The notes beneath the pieces were generated by a model, which saw only the letters and a list, made by a program, of their open reading frames with translations, searched no databases and was not told the DNA's origin. The translations under genes were made by a program, and so were the position numbers. From Bacillota bacterium (GTDB lineage Bacteria > Bacillota > Ch66 > Ch109), in the NCBI GenBank assembly GCA_050952625.1, contig JBMNLH010000004.1, positions 64,001 to 128,000 on the forward strand: a DNA stretch of 64,000 bases, given 5' to 3'. Below are positions 10,482-20,862 of the stretch, piece after piece (within the stretch, counting starts at the first letter, position 1; every line of letters starts with the position of its first letter).

Positions 10482-12398
10482 ATGAGCCAAGTCTTCCCCG
10501 GTCATGATGCTAGTCAAAGCCTGCCGCCCAGTCAGGGGGTAGCCCCGGATAAGAAATTGCAGGGAATCCTGGAAAACGCGATTGTGCCCATTATTGCCAT
10601 TGGACTGGATGGGCATTTAATTGAGGCTAACCCGGCTTTCTTAAAGCTTCTGGGCTGCCAGCCGGAGGACCTGCCGACCCTGAATATTCGCGCGCTCTCT
10701 TTGCCGGAGGACCCGAATATGTTTGATCGACTAATTGCCGGCGAAATTGATTCATACGTCGTTGAAAAACACTATCGGCGCATGGACGGCCAAACTGTCG
10801 ATGTCATGGTTTCCGCTTCCGCCCTGAAAGATTCGAAAGGCAACCTGCATTCGGCGGTGGTGGTTATTCAAGACATGTCCAACTATAAGGCCCTGGAACG
10901 TAAACTAGTCGAAGAAAAGCAGACTTTTGAAAGCATGCTGCGCAACTTGCCGGTCGGGGTGTACTATGTTCGGGATGGGCAGATTGCCTACACTAACCCG
11001 GCCTTCTGTCAAATTTTCGGCTATACTGAATCAGAAATTATCGGTCGTTCACCGGATATTCTGTTTGGCCAGGACAACCAGGTCCGGATTGTCCAAAATT
11101 TTCCCCGCTTACTCCGTAAAAAAGAAAAGAAGCTGCATGCCGAATTAGAAGCCCGTAACAAACAGGGTGAACCGGTTTATATTGAATCAATTACCACCAC
11201 TGGCTATATCGATAACCAAGACTGTTTAATCGGAATCGTGAATGACGTCACCGCTCGCAAGCAATTAGAGGCCAGATACCGTCTGCTTTTTGAGGCAGCA
11301 AATGATATTTTTCTGGTCCTTGACCCGGTAACCCTGCGGATCCTGGATGTCAATCCTAAAGGGCTTGAGGTGTATGGCTACTCCCGCAAGGAAATGCTGA
11401 GGATGACGATTAGGGATATTACCCTGCCGGCCTCAACAACTGCCAAAGCGGAAGACGTGGAACCGGAGGAATTTTGCTGGCCGGTGGGGGTTTATCCGCG
11501 GACTCAGGTCCGCAAAAACGGTGAACAGATCCCGGTCGAAGTAAGCTCGGCCTTGACCGATTGGCAGGGTCGGAAGGCAATAATGAGTATTATCCGCGAC
11601 GTGACGGAACAGCGTCGGCTGCAGCAGCAGCTAATGCAGGCTGATAAGTTAGCCTCGCTGGGCAGCTTAGTGGCCGGAATTGCCCATGAAATTAATAACC
11701 CGAATAACTTTATCACTTTTAATATCCCTATTCTGGAAGATTATTGGAAGGAAGCCTTCCCCATCCTGGATGCCTATGCCGCCAAGTATCCGGGGTGGCA
11801 GGTCCTGGGTATGCCATATGAGGAATTCCGCGCTGATGTCCTAAAACTGCTCAATAATATGGAACATGGCTCGGACCGGATAAACGCGATTGTCGCCGAA
11901 TTACGGGACTTCGCCCGTATTCAGAAAGATGAGTTCCGAGCCGCGGTTGATATTCAAAAACTGGTTGACCGGGTAATTACCTTGACTGGCAAACAGGTCA
12001 GCAAGCTGGTCACTTCCTACCGGGTCGAACTAGCGGAGAACCTGCCGGAGATTGTGGTCAACCCGGCGCGAATTGAGCAAGTTCTGATTAATCTAATCTT
12101 GAATGCAGCCCAGGCGGCAGATAAAGAAAATTCTTTCGTTTTCTTAAGGGTTAAGAAGGATCCGGCCAACGCCGGCCGAATTATATTCGAGGTTGAGGAT
12201 AATGGTTGCGGCATGGATGAAGCAGTTCGTTCCCGCATTTTTGATCCCTTCTTTACAACCAAGGAAGGGGTTGAGGGAACTGGCTTGGGTCTGTCGATTT
12301 CCTATGCGATTATTCAGGACCACGGCGGATCAATCAGTGTGGAAAGCACGCCGGGTAAAGGTACCACCGTCAGGGTGGCCTTGCCAACCGGAACATAG
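10482..12398 (+). CDS. Cytoplasmic sensor histidine kinase with three PAS domains (NtrB-like HisKA)
   Basis: Three PAS repeats; AHEINNP H-box; N, DNGCG, FDPFFTTK and GTGLGL boxes. Confidence 0.93.
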   Translation: MSQVFPGHDASQSLPPSQGVAPDKKLQGILENAIVPIIAIGLDGHLIEANPAFLKLLGCQPEDLPTLNIRALSLPEDPNMFDRLIAGEIDSYVVEKHYRRMDGQTVDVMVSASALKDSKGNLHSAVVVIQDMSNYKALERKLVEEKQTFESMLRNLPVGVYYVRDGQIAYTNPAFCQIFGYTESEIIGRSPDILFGQDNQVRIVQNFPRLLRKKEKKLHAELEARNKQGEPVYIESITTTGYIDNQDCLIGIVNDVTARKQLEARYRLLFEAANDIFLVLDPVTLRILDVNPKGLEVYGYSRKEMLRMTIRDITLPASTTAKAEDVEPEEFCWPVGVYPRTQVRKNGEQIPVEVSSALTDWQGRKAIMSIIRDVTEQRRLQQQLMQADKLASLGSLVAGIAHEINNPNNFITFNIPILEDYWKEAFPILDAYAAKYPGWQVLGMPYEEFRADVLKLLNNMEHGSDRINAIVAELRDFARIQKDEFRAAVDIQKLVDRVITLTGKQVSKLVTSYRVELAENLPEIVVNPARIEQVLINLILNAAQAADKENSFVFLRVKKDPANAGRIIFEVEDNGCGMDEAVRSRIFDPFFTTKEGVEGTGLGLSISYAIIQDHGGSISVESTPGKGTTVRVALPTGT

Positions 12399-12462
12399 GG
12401 ACACGGGCATAAAATTAAATTGTATTTGAAATTTAGACATAATTTAAAGGGGAGCGCAACGT

Positions 12463-12876
12463 ATGTCAGAACCGAATTCGGCCGGCATTCTGGTTATTGA
12501 CGATGAATTAGATTTTCTAGATAGCATGCGACGCGGACTAATCATTGCGGGCTACCGAGACATTGTGTTACTCAGCCAACCCTTACAAATTAAACAACTA
12601 TTAAATGAAAGATCTTTCGACGTTGTCTTCATTGACTTATGCATGCCGCAAATGGGCGGTCTGCAGGTCCTTGAATACATTCTATCAACCGCACCACAAA
12701 CCCGGTGCATAATGCTGACAGCCTTGGCTGATGCGCAGATTGCCAGCCGCTCCCTGGAAATGGGGGCTTGGGATTTCTTAACCAAACCGATTTCACGGGA
12801 TAAGCTTATTCGCACTTTAAAACGGGTTTTAGCAGAAGATTCCTTAAAAACATTACCGGCTGAAATTGAATTCTGA
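12463..12876 (+). CDS. Single-domain response regulator
   Basis: VIDDE, IDLCMP, LTA and TKP. Confidence 0.9.
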   Translation: MSEPNSAGILVIDDELDFLDSMRRGLIIAGYRDIVLLSQPLQIKQLLNERSFDVVFIDLCMPQMGGLQVLEYILSTAPQTRCIMLTALADAQIASRSLEMGAWDFLTKPISRDKLIRTLKRVLAEDSLKTLPAEIEF

Positions 12877-12883
12877 ATAAGAA

Positions 12884-12910
12884 AAAGGGGACCAGTTGGC
12901 TGTCCCCTTT
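12884..12910. terminator. Bidirectional terminator-like hairpin
   Basis: AAAGGGGAC...GTCCCCTTT between convergent genes. Confidence 0.6.
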
Positions 12911-12959
12911 GCTTGGCATATTAAACCATGTGAGCATTAGGATTTTATTCGGAAATCAC

Positions 12960-13139
12960 CTAATTAGTCGGCTGCTTGAGGTCGGGCCTTAGCCTGCCCT
13001 CTTTGGCTTCGAGGGCTTTCAAGGCTTTAGCTCGTTTTTCTATCTTTTTGGCGATTATGTAGATTAAGAACAGAAAGAAAAGTTTGGTCATCAATAACAA
13101 ACCGCCAATAAAAAGAAATTTGCTTTGCAGGGAAGTCAT
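12960..13139 (-). CDS. 59-aa single-pass membrane protein, not in ORF track
   Basis: MTSLQSKFLFIGGLLLMTKLFFLFLIYIIAKKIEKRAKALKALEAKEGRLRPDLKQPTN; purine-rich RBS (GGGGAAAGGA); hydrophobic segment followed by basic residues. Confidence 0.6.
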   Translation of the reverse strand: MTSLQSKFLFIGGLLLMTKLFFLFLIYIIAKKIEKRAKALKALEAKEGRLRPDLKQPTN

Positions 13140-13168
13140 CTTTTATCCTTTCCCCTTTACCGTTATGT

Positions 13169-13681
13169 TTAAAGCAGAACCTCTTGCCAATCGCGGGGAT
13201 GCTTAATCCACTTGCCTTTTTTGCCGATCCGAAAGCGGATTGCTCCGATAGCATATAAGGCCTTAAGACTGGCTAGATCTTGCACGATAAACTCGTGCAC
13301 CCCACCTCTAAGCACCAACCGTTTAACCCGTTCTAAGATAAAAAAACCGATGGCCAAACAAACCGCTAGGGCGATTAGCCCGATCTTCCAGCCGAAGTAG
13401 TAAAGGGTCACCAGACCAGGAAGCAAGATTATCCACTGGATATAATTAAACAGCAGTAACAGCTTAAAAAGCGGGTTGTCGGAGATGGTTCGTTCGATTA
13501 ACCATTTCATTGCCTTATTCGCCTGAATGCCTAGCTGAATCTGACCCTCTTCCAGCCTCCTTATTAAACGAAGGTGGCTCCTCTCTTCTGGCGAAAGGTG
13601 GGCTTCTTCCGGATTAAGCTGCTCCGACTGGAGAAGATTATCTGTTGTGGGGGCTGGTGCACCAGGTTGGCTCTGACACAT
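13169..13681 (-). CDS. Hypothetical membrane protein (two TM helices)
   Basis: GGGGAG RBS; central hydrophobic hairpin. Confidence 0.65.
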   Translation of the reverse strand: MCQSQPGAPAPTTDNLLQSEQLNPEEAHLSPEERSHLRLIRRLEEGQIQLGIQANKAMKWLIERTISDNPLFKLLLLFNYIQWIILLPGLVTLYYFGWKIGLIALAVCLAIGFFILERVKRLVLRGGVHEFIVQDLASLKALYAIGAIRFRIGKKGKWIKHPRDWQEVLL

Positions 13682-13887
13682 ATTATATCTCCCCGGTTTT
13701 TAAAACTGGTTTCTCAAACACGATTGTTTTTAAGTTATGGCTTTCCTGCTCGCACGCCACGGCACTTTGTGATCATAATTTCTTTATTTTTATAAGATCA
13801 TTTTTAGATCTGCGTCTAATAATCACATCTGACAAAGCACCCATTTGTCTTAGAATATCATAAATCTAAGCAAGTGAAAAGGAGAAA

Positions 13888-15165
13888 TCACTTGGCTGTT
13901 CTACGCGTTGCTTCGCGGCTATAATTACCCAGCTTAACCCCGGGTAATTCAGCTTGGAGTATTTCAAGGAAGGCCGGGATGCCTAAAGATGGTCCGCTGG
14001 CCGGGGGAACCAGTTTTAAAAAAATTTCTGGATCCAGGTTCAGATTGCGCAGTTGAATCATGGATAAACCAGTTTCCCGCACCAGGTTAAGCAAGGCCTC
14101 GACTTCTTCGTCCCGATCAGTAACCCCGGGAAAGAGCAGCAGGTTTAGGGAAACATAAACGTTCTGCTCCACCGCTCGTTGGATGCTGGTGCGCACTTGA
14201 GCCAAGCCGTAACCCTGAGGCCGGTGATAGCTCTGATATAGGTCCGGGTTAGCACTAATCAAACTTACCCGGAGCGCATCCAGACCGGCGGCACAGATCG
14301 CGGCAATGTTTTCTGGCCGGCTGGCATTGGAATTCATATTAATGGTTCCCCGGTCGGTTTGCTGCCGAATCTGCCGGATTGCCTGGGCCAGTTCTTCCCC
14401 CCGCAGGGACGGCTCGCCCTCACAGCCCTGACCAAAACTGATTATCGCGGCCTCCGCAGTTTCCAGGTGCGGGACGGCTACCTCCACAATTTCGGCCACC
14501 GAAGGCTTAAAGCGAATACGTTGCTGAGGCGAGGGACAGCATTCGGCTGCTTGTTCCGAGATGCAACCGACACAGCGCGCATTACAGGCCGGGGAAACTG
14601 GCAGCCCGGCCTCCCACCGACCATAAAAAAGGTTTTGGGCGGTAAAGCAGGAGTATTCCTGAGCACACCGGGCTAATTGCCGCAAAACGCGGTTTTGGGG
14701 ATACCGACTCAGTTTAGCCCGGACCCGCTCGGTCAACTCCGGCGTATCGTAGTAGCGGGGATTCCAGGTTCGATCCTCGTCCGTCTGCCGGGCCGCTACC
14801 CACAACCGTCCATTAGCTAAACCCACGGCAGCATAACCAAAAAGCGGCAGAGGCTTGGCCTTCTTTTGGGGAAGATAGGCTGGGGTCAGGGTTCGGGTAT
14901 AACCCTGAGGCAGCAGAGCCCCGACCGCCAGAGCCGGTTTTTCCCGACGCTGCCAGGGATCCCTTGTTAAAGCCCTGAATTCCCCGTTGGGATTGATCCC
15001 GATCGGATGCCGTTCGGGCAGCAAGGTTAAGGTAGCTCCCTCCGGCAGAGGAATTACTTCGGCCGCGGTCGGTTCGACCAGTTGCTCACCCAGCCGCCCG
15101 GTCATGGCCCAGCCAGGTTGTTCCAGAACCTGCCCCTGTTCATTGGCAAAAACCATTTCTAACAC
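13888..15165 (-). CDS. Radical SAM protein of unknown function
   Basis: CNARCVGC (CxxxCxxC); SFGQGCEGEP; extra Cys residues. Confidence 0.9.
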   Translation of the reverse strand: MLEMVFANEQGQVLEQPGWAMTGRLGEQLVEPTAAEVIPLPEGATLTLLPERHPIGINPNGEFRALTRDPWQRREKPALAVGALLPQGYTRTLTPAYLPQKKAKPLPLFGYAAVGLANGRLWVAARQTDEDRTWNPRYYDTPELTERVRAKLSRYPQNRVLRQLARCAQEYSCFTAQNLFYGRWEAGLPVSPACNARCVGCISEQAAECCPSPQQRIRFKPSVAEIVEVAVPHLETAEAAIISFGQGCEGEPSLRGEELAQAIRQIRQQTDRGTINMNSNASRPENIAAICAAGLDALRVSLISANPDLYQSYHRPQGYGLAQVRTSIQRAVEQNVYVSLNLLLFPGVTDRDEEVEALLNLVRETGLSMIQLRNLNLDPEIFLKLVPPASGPSLGIPAFLEILQAELPGVKLGNYSREATRRTAK

Positions 15166-15334
15166 AGCGAATCAAACTGCCTTTCCAATAACTAACTCTG
15201 TAAGTGCAGAGCGACGAAGTACGCGACGTCCTGTCGTCATTGTACCATAAACCAAGAGGGACCGAATATGCTGCCAACCGCCATGCGCAGATATTAAACC
15301 ATATCGTTAAACCATAAGGGAGATAACTAAACCG

Positions 15335-15463
15335 AGTTAGACAACCTGTTCCCCTGTCCGGGAATAAAACAAAGGACAGGAAACCTGTCCCCGGGTCCCA
15401 CCTAGAAGTGGGGAGCTTTTGGATTTAAATCAAACAGGGACAGTTAACCTGTCCCCGTGTCTC
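15335..15463. repeat. Cluster of GGGACA-family REP-like palindromes
   Basis: ggacaggaaacctgtcccc and gggacagttaacctgtccccgtgtctc. Confidence 0.75.
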
Positions 15464-15470
15464 ACGGTGC

Positions 15471-16211
15471 CTATTGGATTAGGCGGGATAGTGGGTCTAC
15501 TGTTCGTCCTTGTTCATAGATCTCAAAATGCAGGTGCGGGCCGGTTGAGCGGCCGGTACTGCCGATTTCGGCGATTACTTTACCAGCAGCTACCGCTTGC
15601 CCTTTACGAACAAGAATTCGCGATGCATGAGCGTACAGCGTCTTACGGCCATCATCATGATTAATGATCACTGTCTGACCGTAAATTGGCCGCCACCCGG
15701 CATAGGCAACTTGGCCTTTCGCCACAGCACGAATCGGTGTCCCTAAAGGAGCCGCAATATCTAATCCATGATGGAATTCATCGTGACGTCCACCGTAATG
15801 CGAAGTAATTCTTCCCACTACTGGCCATGAATAGAGGATTGGCGGCAAATCTCCAGCTGAGTCCAGATCAAAACTGGTTTCTGCCGGGATCCTGAGAACC
15901 TGCCCAATTTTAATGTTATTACAGTCATGCAGGTTATTGGCCTTGGCTAAAGCCAACCAGTCTGCCCGATACCGTTTCGCAATCTGCCATAAGGTATCGC
16001 CGGCCTTGACTCGGTATAGGACCTGTGCCTCCTTTTTAGGATTAGTTAAAGTGACTGATTGGGAACGAACCGCTTGATTTACGATAACCGGTACGGGAAA
16101 ATTTTCTGGTAACAACTTACCCCAAACTGTACTTTCTGACCAGAACAACCCGACCAGAGCCAGGAGAAGGGCCGTCCCCGCCCTTGGCACCAGCCTTCGG
16201 TTTCGGTGCAT
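15471..16211 (-). CDS. LysM + M23 peptidoglycan endopeptidase
   Basis: YRVKAGDTLWQIA LysM; HHGLD, YAH and HLHFE. Confidence 0.92.
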   Translation of the reverse strand: MHRNRRLVPRAGTALLLALVGLFWSESTVWGKLLPENFPVPVIVNQAVRSQSVTLTNPKKEAQVLYRVKAGDTLWQIAKRYRADWLALAKANNLHDCNNIKIGQVLRIPAETSFDLDSAGDLPPILYSWPVVGRITSHYGGRHDEFHHGLDIAAPLGTPIRAVAKGQVAYAGWRPIYGQTVIINHDDGRKTLYAHASRILVRKGQAVAAGKVIAEIGSTGRSTGPHLHFEIYEQGRTVDPLSRLIQ

Positions 16212-16423
16212 TTTACCTGATCACCCCATCAAAAGTTTTCCCCGGCCAAGCCAGGGATTCATTCACTATTCTTACATTATTCACCGAAAATTATTCATCT
16301 GTTGGAAAAAGGGGGGATCAGGGCAAAATACCCCCACTCCTAAAAGTGAGGGTCGCCTGGTTAAACTTTAGCTGGAGTAGAGTCGCCAGCTGAATCATTG
16401 ATGTTCAGTGAAGCCGGACGAGT

Positions 16424-17680
16424 TCAGTCCAGTTGAAACACCTTGCCCATGCCTCGAATCAGGTCGCGGTTGGACCGAGTTTTTTTCAAAGCATCCTGCA
16501 AGACTTCCATGACCTCGGCGGCATTCTGCTGAGCAAATCCCCGGCGAAACGCCCAAATCGCATCTAACTCTTCTTTGGACATTAACAATTCTTCGCGTCT
16601 GGTCCCGGAACGTTTAATATCAATCGCCGGGAAGATTCGTTTTTCAGATAGTTTCCGATCAAGAACCAGCTCCATATTTCCCGTTCCTTTAAATTCCTCA
16701 AAAATGACTTCATCCATTCGGCTCCCAGTTTCAATCAGGGCGGTCGCCAGAATAGTCAAACTGCCTCCCTCTTCTATCTTCCGAGCAGCACCAAAAAACC
16801 GCTTGGGTTTGTGCAAGGCAGCCGGATCAACCCCGCCCGACAGGGTCCGGCCGCTGGGCGGCACCACCAGGTTATGGGCTCTGGCGAGACGAGTGATGCT
16901 ATCCAGGAGGACAACGACATCTTTTTTATGCTCGACTAAGCGCTTAGCCCGCTCCAGCACCATTTCCGAAACCTTAACATGGTTTTCCGGCGGCTCGTCA
17001 AAGGTAGAGGCCACGACCTCTCCATTGACTGAGCGCTGCATGTCGGTCACCTCTTCCGGCCGTTCGTCAATTAACAGAACAATCAACTCGACCTCTGGGT
17101 GGTTCTGGGTAATCGCGTTGGCAATCTTCTGCAGAAGAATGGTTTTCCCGGCCTTTGGCGGAGCCACAATCAGTCCCCGCTGTCCCATGCCCAGCGGTGA
17201 GATTAGATCAATTATCCGAGTGGAATATTCCTCTGGCTTGGTTTCTAAATTAAAACGATCTTTCGGATAAATCGGGGTCAAAGCCTCAAAACCAACGCGG
17301 AGCGCGGTTTGCTCCGGCGAAAAGCCGTTAACGGACTCTACCCGCAGCAGGGCATAAAACCTTTCATTATCTTTGGGCGGCCTTACCTGACCCGCTACCT
17401 GATCACCGGTCCGCAGATCAAACCGTTTAATTTGGGAAGGTGATACATAGATATCTTCATGACTGGGCAGGTAAGCGAAGGGGCGCAAAAAACCGTATCC
17501 ATCAGGCAAGATTTCCAAGATTCCTTGGGCAAAGAGCAGACCATCCTTTTGAATCTGGGCCTTCATGATTTCAAAAATAAGTTCCTTTTTCCGGAGTCGG
17601 GAATAACCGATCAGATTAATGTCCTTAGCTATCTGATACAATTCCGAGACAGTTTTGTTCTCAAGATCTGAAATATTCAC
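16424..17680 (-). CDS. rho: Transcription termination factor Rho
   Basis: [23 protein letters not shown] and FKGTGN. Confidence 0.98.
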   Translation of the reverse strand: MNISDLENKTVSELYQIAKDINLIGYSRLRKKELIFEIMKAQIQKDGLLFAQGILEILPDGYGFLRPFAYLPSHEDIYVSPSQIKRFDLRTGDQVAGQVRPPKDNERFYALLRVESVNGFSPEQTALRVGFEALTPIYPKDRFNLETKPEEYSTRIIDLISPLGMGQRGLIVAPPKAGKTILLQKIANAITQNHPEVELIVLLIDERPEEVTDMQRSVNGEVVASTFDEPPENHVKVSEMVLERAKRLVEHKKDVVVLLDSITRLARAHNLVVPPSGRTLSGGVDPAALHKPKRFFGAARKIEEGGSLTILATALIETGSRMDEVIFEEFKGTGNMELVLDRKLSEKRIFPAIDIKRSGTRREELLMSKEELDAIWAFRRGFAQQNAAEVMEVLQDALKKTRSNRDLIRGMGKVFQLD

Positions 17681-18193
17681 AAAACTAAGATATCCTCCTT
17701 TTCAGATTGCTGGGGATTACTGTAATCATGATATCAACCTTCTTCTCTTATTAGCTGGAATGAGATAAAGACAATAAGGTAAACCGCAAGGACAGCGAGG
17801 AAGTTAATCTGCAAGAATTCGTTAATAATTTACACAAATTAACTGATGGAGGGGAAATCTGTCTCAGGCGTTTAAAATTATATAACACACTCTAGGATAA
17901 CCATAATCCCATAAACATAAACAGTCGATTATGCCTGCTTATGCTGCCGCGACGGTTGGTCTAGTTTTTAACGTGCTTTCAGTCTGTAGCAATCATGGAT
18001 GTTATAAGAGAGGAAAGTTTACGTTCTAGCGGAAAAGGCTGTCCGGAAGCACTTATCCAACATCAGCCAATCGGGTAGGATTAAGCGAAGTTAAGAAGAC
18101 GTCTTGCAATCATCTTAAATGCTTACTGGTTGCTTCTTATTCAGGCTGCGCCGCATCCCAACAACACTCGATACGGCACAGCCCTAAAATCTC

Positions 18194-19189
18194 TTAAAAC
18201 CGCTTCGGTCCAATATAATTTGGCTTCTTGTCAAAACGGTGGATTGCCTCAATAAACCGGATCGTCCCGGTAAGGCCACGCATAACGACAGTGTGAGTCT
18301 TAGCCGTATTACCTAGATACCGCACTCCGCGCAAGAGGTCGCCATCAGTAATTCCCGTAGCGGCGAAAATCACATCTTCACCCTTAACCAGATCATCCAT
18401 GGTTAATAAGCGCTGAACATCAGAAATTCCCATGGCTTTAGCCCGGGCTACATCCGCTTCATCTTCGGGCCAGAGACGCCCTTGCATCTCTCCCCCCACA
18501 CACCGCAGGGCAGCGGCGGCTAATACTCCTTCCGGGGCTCCACCAATACCCATCAATACATCAACCCCGGAATCCTCAAAAGCCACGGCCACCGCTGGGG
18601 AAACATCTCCATCAGTAATTAGCTTAATTCGCGCTCCAGCCTGCCGTACCGCTTTGATTAGTTCCTGATGGCGCGGCCGGTCCAGAATAACGACCGTCAG
18701 ATCCTGGATATCCTTGTCTAGTGCCTTAGCTACTGCGCGCAGATTGACCTCCGGGGGGGCGTCCAGGTTGATCCGTCCCACGGCCTTCGGGCCAACGGCG
18801 ATCTTGTTCATATACATATCCGGGGCATGCAAGAGGCAACCCCGCTCAGCCACGGCCAGGACCGAAATAGCCCCAGTCAAACCTTTGGCGACTACGTTGG
18901 TTCCTTCCAGAGGATCTACCGCCACATCGACGCTAGGTGGATTCCCAGTGCCCAGCTTTTCGCCAATATATAGCATTGGTGCCTCATCCATTTCGCCTTC
19001 ACCAATTACGACAATTCCATCAATTTGTACGGTATCAAAAACAATCCGCATGGCTTTAACCGCAGCATCATCAGCTGCTTCTTTATCTCCCCGGCCCATC
19101 CAACGGCCGGAAGCCAGGGCAGCGGCCTCGGTCACCCGGGCAAACTCTAAAGCCAGTTCTCTCTCCATTCCTCGGCGCACCCGCATCAT
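18194..19189 (-). CDS. glpX: Fructose-1,6-bisphosphatase class II
   Basis: [17 protein letters not shown] and GIGGAPEGV. Confidence 0.97.
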   Translation of the reverse strand: MMRVRRGMERELALEFARVTEAAALASGRWMGRGDKEAADDAAVKAMRIVFDTVQIDGIVVIGEGEMDEAPMLYIGEKLGTGNPPSVDVAVDPLEGTNVVAKGLTGAISVLAVAERGCLLHAPDMYMNKIAVGPKAVGRINLDAPPEVNLRAVAKALDKDIQDLTVVILDRPRHQELIKAVRQAGARIKLITDGDVSPAVAVAFEDSGVDVLMGIGGAPEGVLAAAALRCVGGEMQGRLWPEDEADVARAKAMGISDVQRLLTMDDLVKGEDVIFAATGITDGDLLRGVRYLGNTAKTHTVVMRGLTGTIRFIEAIHRFDKKPNYIGPKRF

Positions 19190-19369
19190 AAAGCCTCCCT
19201 ATAAAAGTACCACCAGATCTTCAGTCCGCCATTGGTGTTGATAGCATCAAACGCATTCCCTATACCTATTCCCCACCAGTAGTACCTTTTCCTGCCGGCT
19301 GCCCGGAAAACTAAGAAAAATTTTAGCAAAAACAACTGGAACACCCCGGGTTTAAGGCGCGAGGAAGTG

Positions 19370-19978
19370 TCAAGTCCCCGATCGGGCGGCAATTCCATAA
19401 AAGATAATATCTACTGCTTGCTCCGCCAAGTTTTTGACATCCACTTGTTGATTCTCAAAAATAATTGGGTAACAGAGAGCACCGATAATTCCAGCGATAA
19501 TGTGCGCCATGAACCGAGGATCAATATTCCGAATTTGCCCCTCATGTTTTTGTTCAGCTATCAAACTGGCCAGTTTTGCGACCTTTTCCTCCCGTTGGGA
19601 CATCAGCCACTGGCGCATTTCATCGTTAATTGAAGTATGATCGCCAAAAATAATCTTAGCCAGATCACGGTATTGGGCCGTGAACTGGAGGTGCAGCATA
19701 AACATCCATTTGAGCCGTTCTCGCAAATTGCTTACTTCTTCCAATTTAGAGAAAAGACTCTCCGAGTAGAGAGTTAACCCGGCTTTAATCATCTCCTGAA
19801 ATAGTTCTAATTTACTGGAAAAATACTCGTACACGGTTCCTTTACCCACGCCTGCCCGAGCAGCAATTTCCTCCATTTTCGCTTCATGAAAACCTCGCTG
19901 CGAAAACACCGCTACCGCGGCCTCAAAAATCAGAATACGTTTATCCTTTTCTACTCGAGGCTGTTCCATTGCCTGCAT
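19370..19978 (-). CDS. TetR/AcrR family regulator
   Basis: IAARAGVGKGTVYEYF HTH; start uncertain, because the ORF-track extension to 20029 runs into a REP. Confidence 0.9.
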   Translation of the reverse strand: MQAMEQPRVEKDKRILIFEAAVAVFSQRGFHEAKMEEIAARAGVGKGTVYEYFSSKLELFQEMIKAGLTLYSESLFSKLEEVSNLRERLKWMFMLHLQFTAQYRDLAKIIFGDHTSINDEMRQWLMSQREEKVAKLASLIAEQKHEGQIRNIDPRFMAHIIAGIIGALCYPIIFENQQVDVKNLAEQAVDIIFYGIAARSGT

Positions 19979-20081
19979 AACCGTTGCTGTCCCGCCTTTC
20001 AGAAATATTTCCTGGGTCACGTGGGACACAGGGACAGGTTTTCTGTCTCGGGTAGTCTACTAGTCCGTAAATATTAACGCT

Positions 20082-20830
20082 TGTGTTTTAACTCGGTCAG
20101 CAAGCTAGACTGGGATCGAACCTCGTTGCTTCGGGCAGGCATCAAACTCGCCCTTTGGGCTCAAACAAAGATGCCTGCTGATCCTCAGCTGCCTCGGTTC
20201 TTTAATGTAAACCGCCAATCGCTGACCTCCGTTAAAACACGGCGCGTTTGATTTTTTCTCGGTCAGCAAGCTAGACTGGGATCGAACCTCGTTGCTTCGG
20301 GCAGGCATCAAACTCGCCCTTTGGGCTCAAACAAAGATGCCTGCTGATCCTCAGCTGCCTCGGTTCTTTAATGTAAACCGCCAATCGCTGACCTCCGTTA
20401 AAACACGGCGCGTTTGATTTTTTCTCGGTCAGCAGGCTAGACTGGGATCGAACCTCGTTGCTTCGGGCAGGCAGCAAACTCGCCCTTTGGGCTCAAACAA
20501 AGATGCCTGCTGATCCTCAGCTGCCTCGGTTCTTTAATGTAAACCGCCAATCGCTGACCTCCGTTAAAACACGGCGCGTTTGATTTTTCTCGGTCAGCAG
20601 GCTAGACTGGGATCGAACCTCGTTGCTTCGGGCAGGCAGCAAACTCGCCCTTTGGGCTCACGGCCTGCGACCCAGCGCCCGGCGAAACCGCCACGCTGCC
20701 CCGTCCGGCGCGTGATCTCGGTCGCGCAGCGGGTCGCCCGGCTCGGGCGGCTCCTCGCCCTTGGGCTCCGAGCCGCGCCCAGCGCCTCGGCAGTAAACCG
20801 CCAATCGCTGACCTCCGTTAAAACACGGCG
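20082..20830 (+). repeat. Tandem array of 166-bp structured elements (4 readable units plus an A/T-depleted fifth)
   Basis: CTCGGTCAGC recurs at 20092, 20258, 20424 and 20589; units are nearly identical; terminal GTGTTTTAAC/GTTAAAACAC inverted repeat. Confidence 0.95.
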
Positions 20831-20862
20831 CGTTTGTCGTATTTGCACGCTGCATAAGTTAT

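Noticed and set aside
16575-17270. Long antisense ORFs (also 18714-19241, 26696-27277, 45705-46226 and others)
   Set aside because: Shadow frames of well-supported minus-strand genes
20013-20028. parS site (TGTCCCACGTGACCCA on the minus strand)
   Set aside because: Three mismatches to consensus, and it overlaps a GGGACA REP that explains the match
20082-20830. CRISPR array interpretation of the 166-bp tandem
   Set aside because: Units are identical along their whole length, with no unique spacers and no cas genes
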